Shown: positions 35,281 to 48,300 of the stretch, piece by piece
Layout of the letters: every line of letters starts with the position of its first letter
Numbering within the stretch: position 1 is the first letter of the stretch
Origin: Amoebophrya sp. A120
Taxonomy: Eukaryota > Protista > Dinoflagellata
Assembly (NCBI GenBank): GCA_905178155.1
Contig: CAJINV010000021.1
Span: 106,106 to 170,105 of the forward strand
Direction: 5' to 3'
Length of the DNA: 64,000 bases
Made by a program: the position numbers and the translations under genes
Notes under the pieces: model-generated
Seen by the model: the letters and a program-made list of their open reading frames with translations, nothing else
Database searches by the model: none
What the model was told of the DNA's origin: nothing

Positions 35281-38200
35281 ATGGCCGACGACGCCGACGC
35301 AGAGCCCACTGGGGTGTCGGTCACGTTTGAAGTTTCCGTGACCAAGGTCGGCCCCTTCCCAGCCCCCGTGCAGCCCACCGTCAAGCTTTCCGGTGCGTTT
35401 GTCGAGGAGGAAGTGTCTGGACCTTCTCCCCTGCCCGAGGCAAGCGAGGGTGTGGAGAGTCCGGGGTATGAGGTCCTCACGTTTCCGTCCAAGGCTTGCG
35501 CGTCCAATCTGGAACTCTGCGACGCGGCCTGTGCGGGCGGGGGACTGAAGTTAGAGGTGGGCGTGTTCTTCTTGTTGTGTTTCCTAGTGCTAGTCGTTTC
35601 TGTTGCACCATGCCATTCATGATCGGTAATCAATCGTTGTAGTCGGGCTTGTCAAGTTCAGACTCCGTCCCTTTGGATGGACAAGTAGAAAGTCCTCGTA
35701 AACCAATTTCAACATTCTTCATTTGCCTTGCACCTACGTACAACTACAACTACCCACTGCGCAATCAACGAAACAGCTCTTCGATGCCGCGAACGGGGAT
35801 GCGCCACTGCTCGCGGAGCCGCTCGTGGTAAATTTAGAGGCGCTGCTGCAAGAGACTACCGAAGTTACGGTCGAGGCCGCCGTCGTTACCCTCAGCGCCG
35901 ATGTGGACGCAAAATGGGATGACGAAGAGGCGCCGAAGGTAAAAATTTGAAAAGCAGTTGCATATCACGTAGCTAGAGTAGAACTAGCTCACTCATCAGA
36001 CTGCGCATGCAGTAGTTTTATGACAAACAGCACGAAATAAATAAAACAAGCTGCTGGTCGCACAGAAGTGACAGCTCAGCATCCGTTTCCGGCACTTTTG
36101 ACCAAGAAGTACAAGCCCTCAAATGTTGGTCCTCAACCCTATGTCAACATGATCAAAACAGACCCGCGTGCCCACCACCGTGACGCTGCACATCAAAACC
36201 TCTTCCGTCCTGGGCTCCGCAGCCGACGCCTTGCTTTGGAACGTGCTAAAGGTGAAAACGCACCTGAAAGACCCACCCGCCGAGCTGATGAAGTGCAGCA
36301 CGCCCGGGGCCAAGGACGCCCCGGAAATCCACGGGCTGTTCTACTCCATCAACATTCTGGGGGAGGAAGTAGCAGCGAGGAAAAGCATCGAGGCGGTACT
36401 ATTGCTTTTCGTTGGCGGGTCGTGTTTTCGGATTCAGCATATGAAGCTATGACTTTTGTTCTAATGGAGAAGTTACAGGAGTTCTAGTTGCACACCGATC
36501 TTTTTCTTTATGTGGGAAGATAGAAAGTTAAATATTTTTGTATGCTTACAACGGTGTCGACAAATCCAACTGAGAGTAGATAGAGACCTCGGCACCCTGA
36601 AACTTATTGAAACTACTTTAGAACGAGTACAACATCTTCTACATCTACATCAAGATCAAACTACTCAACAGTTCGACGGCGGTCCGGATGGCCCCACGAC
36701 GAAAGACTGGATTCGTCCCGTCGAGCCGGACTTTTGCCGGTACCGGGACGTGGGTTTCATGCGGAAATTACAAGACCTGCTGAACAACGTGGGTGGCACG
36801 TACGTGACCGTTACCGTGTCGCCGGCGGTCGTAGATGACCCCAAGTACAAACCGCCCGCGGAGGTCCCCGCGCTCTGCGACAAATACCGATTCCGGGCCT
36901 ACCTGGACCTCAGGCCGCTGCTGCAGCGGGGCGCCACGGAGCTGGAGGCGGAATGTATCAGTTTTCTGGCTTACTTTCTTAAAACATTGTGGTGCTGGTG
37001 ACATTTTTCAATAACATATGCCCGCCTGCGAGTACATGGACGTCATCTAGAAATAGACCATGACAAGCACACTGACGTCTCTCTGACTCTGTAGTTGGCG
37101 GCAGATCACAATACAGGAGGACACAAGTATATCACCAGGATGGTGTAGGTGTTCGTTGCTGTTCTGTGAAACGATAGCATTGATTAGCTGTGAATTTAGA
37201 AAAAAGCAAGAAAATGAAAATCGCAATACATAACTTCTTCTACAGGCCCACTAGTACAAGCGTCCGGGGATCCTTTTACCGACGGTGAGGGAGCAGAAAT
37301 CACGCCGACCCTATCACTGTCGTTGTCCCTCCGCGTGCCCATTCTTCCGGCGGAGTTGCCGCCACCACCAGAAGTCGCGGACATGGTACAGCGCGTAGTT
37401 TCATATTTGGTTTACTTACTCCTACGTACCGCTAGCCCTAGAATCTAGGGCGATCAAAATCGTGCTGTAGTGTAAGTAGTGCTTCTAGCTGGGCGTCAGT
37501 GCGTCAATGATCCACTTCTAAAAGTAACGTGCGATGTTGATGAAACCGATAAATTTAAATACAGCTGACCCGGCGCGAAGTGACGCAGAAGCTCCGGAGC
37601 GCGGAGAAAGCGCGGGAGGAATTCTTGAAAGCGGTGAAAGACAGTGTTGAACCCGCGAGCAGCTCCTCCTCGGGGCGACGGCCGGAAAAATTGGTCGAAA
37701 TTCGCATACGGGAGGCGTTGATGAAGCAAGTGACAGAGTACGCCAGAAAGAGCTTGAAAGTCGATCCGGATGGGACGGATGCGTTCGTGTCACAGGTAGG
37801 AGTACATAGATAAAAGCACCTGCAGCTACTTGAGCAGATTGTTTTATTGCTCATGCGAGTGTGAAAAGAAGTTGCTTTCACCACCTCGTCCTTCTACGTT
37901 GTAGTCGGCGCATGATTTTCAGGCCAAACTGCACGCGCTTGCTGTGCTCCTGAGTGTAAGAACTAGATGATCCAGCGAAAAGAAAATGTTACCACATTAC
38001 CTTATCAGGTCTTCGCCGAGCTTGCCTCCCAGGTGGTCCCGGACACGCTCCGGGGGCTGAACCTGACCGCCCCCGAGCCCCCGGAGAAGGCGCACGCGTT
38101 GAAAGAAGTCCGCACGCAGCGCGAGGTCTTGGTCCGGAGTCGACGGCTCCTGCAAGAAGCCGAGCTGTGCGGGAACTGGAAAACGGCGGCCAATTTTTGG

Positions 38201-41200
38201 CACCAAATTCTCGCGATCGAGAAGACCGAGGCTGCGGGGTGGCTGGACTACGGGAAGTTCCTGCAGCGCGTCGGCGGGAAATCGGAAGCCGCGGAGTTCG
38301 CGGTTCGGAAGGCGGTGTCTTTAACCAGCAGCGCCTCCTCTTCTTCCTCCTCCAGTACGGGGCCGAACAACGAACAGCAGGTCACCGTCCGCGAGGGAAA
38401 ACTCATGCTGGTCGCGTTACTGCTGGACCGGAGGCGATTATCCCACGAAAAAACTGTTTCACTGTGATGATTTTGCAAGATTTGCATCACAAGTTTGTTA
38501 CACATGACACTGAAAATTTGTCATGCGCGCTTCCCAACGGAAAACTCGCTTGAAAATCCAGTGTCTTGCAAGTGTAGCAAGACAAATAGAAATAGTCCTG
38601 TGTTGCATTTTCTGCATCAAAAACAGTTTTTTCTTGCGATAGCGATTTCAAGACGCGGAAAAAATGCTGGTCGAGATGTCGGAGGGGACGTTGTTCGGGC
38701 GCCACCACTATCAAATGTAAAAATGTCTGGGTCTGGAAGAATGCAACTTGTCATGCTGCATTTGGATTCCAGAAAAATCAGTATTGTATGAGTACCAAAA
38801 GGAATGTAATTTTTGCTACGCGGAGAGGGCATTTGTCATGCGGAATAGGCATCAAGAAGCTCTCAAAAAATCTGTGCTGCTAGGGCATGCATCACAGACA
38901 TCAGGGCTCATCCAAAACGTGCATGACAAGTGTCAGAATCTTCCAGACCCAGACATTTTTACATTTGATAACCACCAGATGGTCAACTTTCTGCGGGGGA
39001 TCTGCGCGTACCTCAGCAAAAACGACGTGGAGGCGGGGCAAAACTGGTTCGTGCTCGCAACGAAGCCCAAGGAGTGGTTCCGGGGCCTGCACAGCGAGGA
39101 AAAAATGAATATGAACTGCAAAACCTCCTGGATTTTCGTACTAATTCCAATACAGCAAGAACAGCATAGGCGTAGAAGCTGTACCTTTCTCGCCTGAATC
39201 TGCATGGTGACAAAGTCCATGTTTCCGCTTGCGAAAATTTCTCATGCGATCATTCCCATTAGTACGATGGCCGATACTTTTGCAATGCATAATGCTGGAA
39301 AAGCTGCAACTCTTCCTGTCCGCCGGGGATGCCATGAGCACAGTGACGGGAACGGGGGTATAGAGGAGTCACTTGAAGAATTGCTACAATGTCCTGGTGT
39401 CCTATGTCTTTGCCCGTGAGAGGTAAAAAGTGTGAGTAGAACAAACCTAGTACAACGCTTCGCATGGTGCGCGTACTGCTCCATAAGCAAGACCAAGGAG
39501 ATCAATATGATCATGAAGAGCATGGCCTGAATATTCTATATCTAAAACTCTACTTTATTTTATCAGACCCAGCTCTCCAGTCAAGCGACCGGCATTTTCG
39601 GTGCGGATTCCATTTCGTCAAGTAGTTCTGGTACTAAGCCCTCGCTGGAGGCAAGCAACCCATTGGTTGTGGCCTTGGAAAAACTTTTGGACTTCGGCTG
39701 CGCCCGGCTCGTTTTCACGATTTTGGATACGGCGGAATTGAGGAACGTGGTCTCGTTCGGCCACGACGGCTTGCGGGAGGTAATAGAAGCGGAGTGCTAC
39801 ATGCTGCAGCACGACCTGCCAGCGGCAAAGAAAGTGCTGCAAGCCGTGACGACCGAAGTGGTGGAGGTAAGTACTATTGGCGGGATTTTTAGTGCAGCAG
39901 AACTTCTACTCGTGGGTGGTTCATCGTCTGGATGTGCTGATGCTTGTTGATCTTGATGTCTAATATAGCCTTTGCTGAGGCTTTTGTGAGATGATCTTCT
40001 AAATCAAAGCATGGAAATCGAAATCAATACGAAGCCACTCATCTTTATCGTTTCACAGCCCGGAGTCGACTGTGCGCGGTGCCGCATCCTGGGCGAGGCC
40101 CTTTTCCGCTTGGGAGAATTTGAGGAAGCTTTGCAATTTCTCGCAACCGCAATTGAATCCGAAGCATTTCGACCAGAAGTGTTTGTCTCCGTCTTTATCA
40201 GGCTGGGGCACTGCTATTTGCTGCAAGGGGAATACGAGCATGCAAGGACGGTATTGATTCACTGAGTAGATTTGTACTCGGCTTGGAAATGCTGGAAATG
40301 CAAGTCGTGCGAGGTGAGCAACTGCAACACGACATTAGTGTTTTGCCGTACTTTAGAACTACAATAAAGCAGCTGTAATTTTTCATCTTGCCCCGGTGAA
40401 TTTGCATGGTAATTTTGCAGCTTTCTGGTCTTACGGTTGTGCCGTGTGCGCAAATAGAGACGTGTGTATACAATAAAAAAATCTGCTTCACTATCCAGGT
40501 TTTCCTTCAGAGCGTGCGCATTGGTGCCACTTCGGAAGCCTGGGTTGGTCTCGCCTTCAGCAGTTACCGGCAGGATCAGATCCCCGCGGCGTACGAGGCC
40601 CTGCGAGAGGCCTTGTGGCTCGACGACGAGAGACCGGATACCTGGGCGTTCTTGACGCTGGTGCATTTACGGTATAACGTATTAAAGGCCGGGCCCGGGC
40701 GTTGATGTATGTATGTTCCACCTGTAGCTGACATAGGCATTGGAAGATGCATCGTGAGGTTCTTCGCATCGAGCTTTTCATACGACATCGGCATTTTAAC
40801 TTCGGATCACGCTGTCCATGAATAATACAAAGAACCATCTTAATCTTTTACTTCTATCAGGCTCGGAAACTTGCTCCAAGCCGACGACTGTTTCCGGCAC
40901 ACGCTGTATTACACCAGCAGCACCATGTCGGACGAACTTCTGCTCGAGCTTGGCGTGGAGTTTCTCAAGTCTGAGGAGCACGAGTCGGGGCCGTACCGCG
41001 CGGAGTGCGCAGCGAGGACGGCGCTGGCGATTCGCGAGACAGGGCAGGCTCACGAGGTGCTCGCGGATTCGTTATCTGTGCAAGAGCAGTACGAAAAGGC
41101 GGTGCTGGAGTACGGCATCGCGATCCGGCTATTCTATGATCAGCCGGAGCATCGGCAAAACCTTGTGGACAAGGCACTGCACTTGACCGACGAGATACTG

Positions 41201-41335
41201 CACGACGCACCGTTGGCGGAATCGGTGCACATAGCGGAAAAAATGGCGGCGGCACACGCAGCGGACATCGCGAAAAAGATGGGGGGCGAAGGGGCCGGGG
41301 GAGACGGAGCAGGTGGTATCGCGGTGGGGGCGTGA
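35281..41335 (+). CDS. CFAP70: Cilia- and flagella-associated protein 70 (TTC18) homolog, 14 exons
   Basis: GT-AG introns 35557-35776, 35939-36161, 36396-36671, 36955-37245, 37386-37564, 37796-38008, 39358-39566, 39867-40058, 40251-40498, 40672-40860, plus three TIR introns. Motifs AYLDLRPLLQRG, WLDYGKFL and C-terminal TPRs (FIRLGHCYL...AWVGLAFSSYR...AYEALREALWLD...TWAFLTLVHLR) resemble CFAP70. Confidence 0.85.
38439..38641. mobile_element. Introner/MITE (203 bp), non-canonical intron
   Basis: TIR tatcccacgaaaaaactgttt / aaacagttttttcttgcgata. Direct repeat GCGAT. Removal gives LLDRRR-FQDAEKMLVEM. Confidence 0.92.
38709..38970 (+). mobile_element. Introner/MITE family F1, copy 2 (262 bp)
   Basis: Near-perfect ~31-bp TIR tatcaaatgtaaaaatgtctgggtctggaag / cttccagacccagacatttttacatttgata. 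Direct repeat ACCAC. Removal gives LFGRHH-QMVNFLRG. Confidence 0.95.
39110..39291. mobile_element. Introner/MITE (182 bp), non-canonical intron
   Basis: TIR tatgaactgcaaaa / ttttgcaatgcata. Flanks atgaa / atgct. Removal gives HSEEKM[L/K]EKLQLFLS. Confidence 0.82.
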
Positions 41336-42365
41336 TTAAAGCTTTTTGCGCTCGTCGGTGTAGTTCAAGGTCGTAACTGCGCTTCTTTGTAAAAATGTAG
41401 CACACTTCTACGCAAATTAACAACGGAAAAAGTGTCAATAACACCAAAAGATAGAATAGAACCGAACCATTATTAACATTGAAAGTAGAAAATCACCTTG
41501 TCGTGTCAACATTTGGAAAAGTTGCAAAAATCCAAAATTTAGATATAGATTAGATTGCGCGCCATGGAAAATCCGCTCGTCACATCCAGGTTGTGATGGA
41601 GGATGTGAAATTGATTTGGTCAAGATTTGTTGCAAAAGAACAGTGACGGAAAACATGTACCAATGGCAAGAAGAAAGTCTGCTCTCTTCGAGAAGGTAGA
41701 CCGAGGATGACGAAAGGTGGGACGGCGAAAGAACGCCAGGACGGGAGAGCGCCAAAGGTGAGTCTGCGCCACATCTCGTCGTCATCTCCCGTGCTGCACC
41801 ACATCGGGATATGAATTCGTTGCCACGGCGTCTTGGTCTTTCTCTTGCTCTTGTTCTGGTTGCTCGGTCGCGCGTCTTACTTCCGCAGCTCATCTGAAGG
41901 CTTCGGTCGAGTCGTGGTTCTTCTTGCAGATTCAAAAATGCCAAAAAATGCCACTGTGGTGGTACTATCTATTGCGAAAGTTTTACATTGCACCATCTTC
42001 AAGATCAAACTGAAGCTCAGGAAAAGGGAACCGTATCGCAGTGCTTCCGCTTTGTAGATTTTGCTTGAAGTTGTACTTCATTGTTTTTTCTTAGGACGCT
42101 AAAGTAAGAAGATACTTCGTCAGTCTACTACTGTATTGAGAATATCAGAAGCACAAGAAGATGCAATACGTGGAGTACGAGGGTTGGCTGCAGCAGCGCT
42201 CGCACCATGTTGGCCGGTGGAAACGGCGCTACTTCGTTTTGTTTGAAACCGGTGAGTATGAATTGCAAAAGTATGAGCAGTGTCGTCGTAGGTAAGCAGC
42301 ATTAGCATGACAAAGACGAAAGGAGACGATTTCGTGCGTCTGATCGACACCCTCGGGAATGAGAT

Positions 42366-45300
42366 TTGCATGATTGCGATTCCTATGAATGGTGCGATAC
42401 TTTTGCGCAGGATGGCGAGCTGTGCTACTGGCGGTATCGACCGGAGGTAGAAAAGGAGGAAATTCGGGAAAAACGGATTTCTGCAGGCTCTTCTTGTAGC
42501 GACGGGGAAGGTCATGATGGAAGTAGAGAGGATGTCGAGCAGAGCATGATGAACAACAGCACACAGTCGCAAGCAGATGAAACCGCTGGCATTGTCACAG
42601 AAGATACAAAATGCGCGGCACCAGCAGCCCGAGGTACGCATGAAGATGGAGAGACCGACAGTCGTGCTGAAACTGATCCCTGCACCAGCACAAGGAGACA
42701 TCAAAGTACGTCCACAGTGATGAATGAAGACGACGAGGCTCATCTTCACGAAAACAAGGAACGCGACGAGCACACGTCGTCGACCAAGAACATCAGACCA
42801 ACCACCTCCCCCACCACGACCATCGCAACCACGAAGGCCACCCTCTCCCCCTCGCTCCTGCTGGAAAAATTCCGCATCCGGCGGCAGTACAAGAAAGCGC
42901 CGAAGGGGGTGATTGACTTGCGGGAAAAAAACATCAGTCTGATCGTGCCGCCGAGGGAGTTAGCCGACACGAATCACTTGTGCAGCTTGGACAATTTCGT
43001 GGCAACCCAGTTCCAGCCGGTCAAGAATTGGCTCGGAAAAACGCTGGCGGACGTGTTTCATCTGCGAGCAGGAAAAGGGGCAGCGCGTCGCCACCTGGAG
43101 GGACGAGATGAGGTCGAAAAGGTGCTTCGGAGGACGAGGTTGAACAAAGGAAGTGTCGCAGTGCCAGGAGGTTGCAACAAAGAGAACCAAGATCCACCAG
43201 GATCGGCGACGAAGCGGAAGTCGCGGTTTCTCGTTGATGTCCAAAGCCAGGAAATTGAGCAAGCTCGCGGCACGTTTTTGCTGGAGACAGCTGCAAGAGG
43301 GAGGACCGACTCTGGTGGAGGGGGTCTTGTTGTATCTGCGCGGAATAAAAAGGCCGCGCTTTCTACATCTACTGCCGGCAAGAAGCGAGCGTCCGAAATC
43401 AAGAAGCGTAACTCCACCCAGCCGTTGCTTGTCGAGGGCGATGAGCAGCTTTCTGTACTCGATAAGGAGGTGGACAACAGAACCAAGAGCCGCGTCGATA
43501 TCCCGCTTGAGGATTTTCTTTTGAAAACGCAAAACCGAGACAGCACAGAAAGTGCCACTTGTTCCAGACGAACTATGCAGAGAAACAACAAAATAGCCGG
43601 GCGTAGACACACCACCTTCTTCGCCGATCCCGAGGAAGAAGCGTGTTTTGCAGATTTGCTTTCGGAAGACGACGAAACTGACTTCGACGAAAATTCTGCA
43701 GCTTTCGATGCAGGTGAAGATAACCTCCATGTCCGCGCCGCCACTACCTTGCTCGAGGAACAAACTAGCGACGGAACAAATGCAAGGGGGACCACGACGA
43801 TCATAACGAAGGCACGAGACGAAAGCAGGACCACACGACAAGAAAAAGAAATACGTCATACTTCCGCCCGCACAACCACGCAAGACGTCTGCACAACTAC
43901 CAGTAGTGCGACGAGTCCCGTTGTACCAGAATCCCCCTACGCTCCGGCGTCTTGCCTACTGGAGGCGCTGGCCGAAGCGTCGAGGCAGCAGCAGAAAAGT
44001 GGTACCGACCCGGCCATGATGTACAATCGAAGGCGGACGGCGGACTACAGCGGCAGCCAGTTGAGGCAAAGCAGCAAGACAAGAGCATTGCAAAGTGGGA
44101 CCACAACTTGCGGTGCTAGTGCCGGTGAAGCTCCTCTCGACGATAGTACTCAACATCTTGCTCGAAATGGAAATCCAAAACAAAGCGAAGGCAGCACGAC
44201 AGCGGTTCTTGATCACCGAGAAAGTAGTTCTTGTGCACTACAACCGTCAACCTCGTCCGCATTAAACGTAAATCGACTTTCGACTCGCTACAATTACTTT
44301 CTCACCATCGTCCGCGCCGGTTCGAAGTACGACGAAGAGTTTATGTGCACCACGAAACAATTGCGGAACAATTGGTTTCTCCACCTGAATCGGTGCATTC
44401 GGTCGGCGGGGGTGGGGGGCTGCGAGTCGACCACAAGATTACGCGAAGTAGATGGCCGCTTTTCACCGCCTGACCGTGTGAAGAAGCTGAAAGAAACGCC
44501 GAACGAGAAGGAAGGTGATGCTAACCGGGGGACCATTATGGGGAGTCGGCTGAAAAACATTTCCCCAGGGGACGCTGCCCAGGCAAAGGGTGGTCATGAA
44601 AGGATGCAGGATGAGCAAGCTGACGTAACATTTGCAGCACATGTGCCGGAAAGTGCTACAGCAACCGCCGCGGGTCCTCGCTCTCGCGTGTCTACTCTCC
44701 AAGAAAAGAAAACCATTCCATCGACGCCCGCAGTGAAGCTTCGCAAGCCGCTAATTCTCCTTAATCGTTCTCAGTTTCTGGTTGCGCTGGAAGCGAAACG
44801 AAGACGAAAGGATATTAGGAAAGAAGTACAACAATACCTCTCTCTGCCCGAAGCACCGGAGCACCACCTGTTTTTCGCGACGTGCCAGTGCAAGATCCCT
44901 TTGGAAAAGAAGTACTCTGCGAAGCACAGCACTTTTGTGCACTTGAGAAACAAGCTGGCACGGACGACGGATATCACTCTGAAGCGAATCAGCATGACGA
45001 CCACGGGAACAAGTCTTGGAGCGACAGAAAAGGTACTGAAGCATCAACCACAAGAACCAGCAAGAACTGTAGCGACAACCACAACCACCGCTCCTCCCCG
45101 GGCCCTGCTCCAACTCCCGCAGGAAGGAGAGGCTCCCCGTACTACCGCTCTACAACGCGGTAAAAACAGCACCACGCGTCCTCGTCCGAGCGTGATGCGA
45201 CGAACCACGACGACGCAACAGCCGCAGCATCCCGGCCGCCGCAAAACTGTCCATTTTGCGCCAGCAACCGCGGTGGAGGAGGTGGTCTTTGAAGGAGGGG

Positions 45301-48300
45301 AAAGCCCGCCGGGGCTTTTATCGCAAAGTGCGTCCTCAAGTTCTGCGTCGTCTTTATTCCAAGAAACTGTCGCGAATCACCATCCCTCACCGCAGTCGCG
45401 CTCGCCACAGATTCAGACTTCTCCTCCTACAACTGCAGAAGCAGGGGGAACCGGAACTGTTTCCCAAAACTGCGCAGCGACGAGAAGAAGTTCTGCAAGG
45501 AAGCCGCTGAAACGCCGCAACACGATGCATTCAACGCAGGATCTGTCGCGGTCGTCGGTGAGAGTGGACGACTTCCGGTTAGATGGAGAAGATGAAACGG
45601 AGAATAGCTCGTGGTCTTGCGAAAATGTTGAGCAACGTCCCCGCGAGGAGGAGAGGTTCTACAACAACGGTTGTAATATCAACAACAGTAACGGAAGCCG
45701 CAGACTCACATCTCACTACATCGACGCGAACAAGACCATGCTATCTGATAAGGATAACAAAAGAACATCACGCATGCAGGAAGGCAATCTAGAAGAAGAA
45801 GATCAGGATGAAGATCAAGGGGTCTCCTACTCGGCCCGGTATGTCTTCTTGATCAGTGAGCGGCGGCTCGTGGCGAAGAAGAACAACCGCAATGAAGATT
45901 TCTTGAAAAGCCACAAGAAAGGCCACGGAAATATTAGACGGAGGTCAAGTAAGAACCTGTTTTGCGGAAACAAGGCAGATTTCTGGCCTGAGCTGAGCTC
46001 GCTCCTTGATGAGGGAAGAAGTAGCACTTCATCTCCGCCCGGGCGCCGCCGGTCTGCTTCCGCGGGGCTGTGTGAAGAGTACGCAAGCGCCGCTCGGGTA
46101 GTTCAACTAGGAGCTACCGAGAGACAGGAAGAGAACTTGCTTCTTGGCTCGACGAAGACAACTTCTACTCGTCGCCGCAGGAGCAGGAGCGACGCAGGAG
46201 AATGTCGCGGAACAACAACCTTCGAGGACTTTGGGGAAGAACAAGAAGATTTTTCCGAAAGTAGCTCAGACGCAACTTCTTTCGACTTGCGCGCCAACGT
46301 GCTCTTTCTCTTCGACCCGGCTGCGCCCGCGTGGGAAGACGTAGCCTGTGATAAAATCCCCGATCCTAGCACTACCAGCATCGCTGGTCTTCAAGAAAGT
46401 GCTGAAAGTGGAGACGGAAAATTTTCTCGTTGTGAAGCAGGCGCAAGTTCGAGACATTTTTATCCTTCAAACCGCGCGTCCGCTTTCCTCGACTGCAGCA
46501 GGGGAGAAGCCTCCGAGAGTATACTTAGACCATCAACTTCAGCAGGTTTCCGCGCAGCTGTGCGGAGTTCGATGCGGCGGTTGACAAATCGCACCAGCAT
46601 GTTGATGCCGAAGTTTTCCGTCGTGGAAAGCGAGATAGAAGATTTTGCTGACGGTGCAGCGGCAGCGAAAATGAACCGGTCTCGCTTCACGAAGCAGTTT
46701 TCCCAGGAACAACAAGGCGACGGTGGTGTATTTGGCAAGGAGATGAGGGATTATGACAGTGCAGCTTCTGCAGCAGAGGCTCGTGCTCTTCCCAAAGAAA
46801 AGCATCCTGCTTGCGGCATTCCGACGGGAGGACTACAGGCCCATGGTGTTGGGAAACCGAAACGAAGTACTCCTGTTGTCGCACGTACCATCCCGGTAGA
46901 GGCGATCCTGAACTTGACGTCCTACCAGGAAAACGGTGATTTCATGCTGAAGATTTGCTTCCGACGGGGACGAGCCGACGAGGACAAGGACCGACACCTT
47001 CAACACAGAGATGATCATAGGGATCATGCCCAGAACGAAAAGGAAAACCATCACAACCATGTCGAACAAGATTCGGTCTCCCTCTCCTTTCCCACCGAGA
47101 AAGACCGCGAAGGCCTCCGGTTCGCGCTGTGGGAGAGTCACAACGCCGTGCACGCGAGGAGGGAGAAACGCGAGTGTTTCACGTCCGGCGAAATTCTGTC
47201 GCACTTCGATTATTCGCGCTCGAACAACGAGGACGAGCACCGTTCGACGATCCAGCATTTCTGGATCCAGAACTGCTTCCCAGTTATTAATACAGACCTG
47301 CAACAGCAGCAAGTGCAAGACGCAAGCAATGCAGGCGCTTCACCTGCTGATGCTGGTGCACGTCCTACGACACCCGTTCCTGGCTCCTCGGCCGCGCCTA
47401 GTAGTACCACGACTACAAACGCAACAAGCAGCTTTTGTTCCTGGCTTCCCACTATCAAATGCAAAAATGTCTGGGTCTGGAAAGTTGGAATTTGTGATGC
47501 TAACTTTGGATTCTAAAAAAATCTGTATTGCATGACCAGCAAGAGGAGTCAAGTTTGTGCTACGCGAGGAGGGCATTTGTCATGCGGAAATGGCATCAGG
47601 AAGCCTTCTAAAAATATGTGATGCTGGGTCATGCACTACAAACATCATGGGTCATGCCAGACAAGCATGACAAACCTTGCATTCTTCCAGACGCAGACAT
47701 TTTTACATTTCATACCCACGGTTTTTCTTCGCTACGGCGGCAGCGCAACCTCTGTCCGCCAAGTGCTTGCAAGGGTCGTGGAAGACGTTGACTTCGCGGA
47801 ACGAATGATGGAGGATGTTTTCTTCACGAAGATCTCATCAGAGATGAACAAGAACTCTGCTTGTACCACTATCAATGCAAAACAAGGCCAAGGCGGGGAA
47901 GAAGGTAAAAAAGCAGGAGAGGAAAACGAAAACGAAAATTCTGCCCGTACTCAACATCCGCTCTTCGGTGCGACAAGCATCGTAGATTTGCTGAAAATCA
48001 GCTGGCGAAGCAACCGAAAAGACATCGTGGAAACGGTCGCGGAGGAGCTCGTGACGCCCTTCATCGAGTTCCTGGTTCTCGCACACGCGGTCGCTTTTGG
48101 CGCGGAGAAAAGTTGCATTCGAAAGAATTTCTACAGTAGTTGTTCTGACGGTGGAGTCGACGTGCACGCGACGCTAAACCCAGTAGAGCTGGAGGTTTTG
48201 CTGGAGCAGGGAACAACGAGAACAGCAACCACGAACAGTACCAGCACGGTCGCTTCCACAAGCTGTCCAAAAATCACTTCCTCCCCAAGAATGAAGAATG

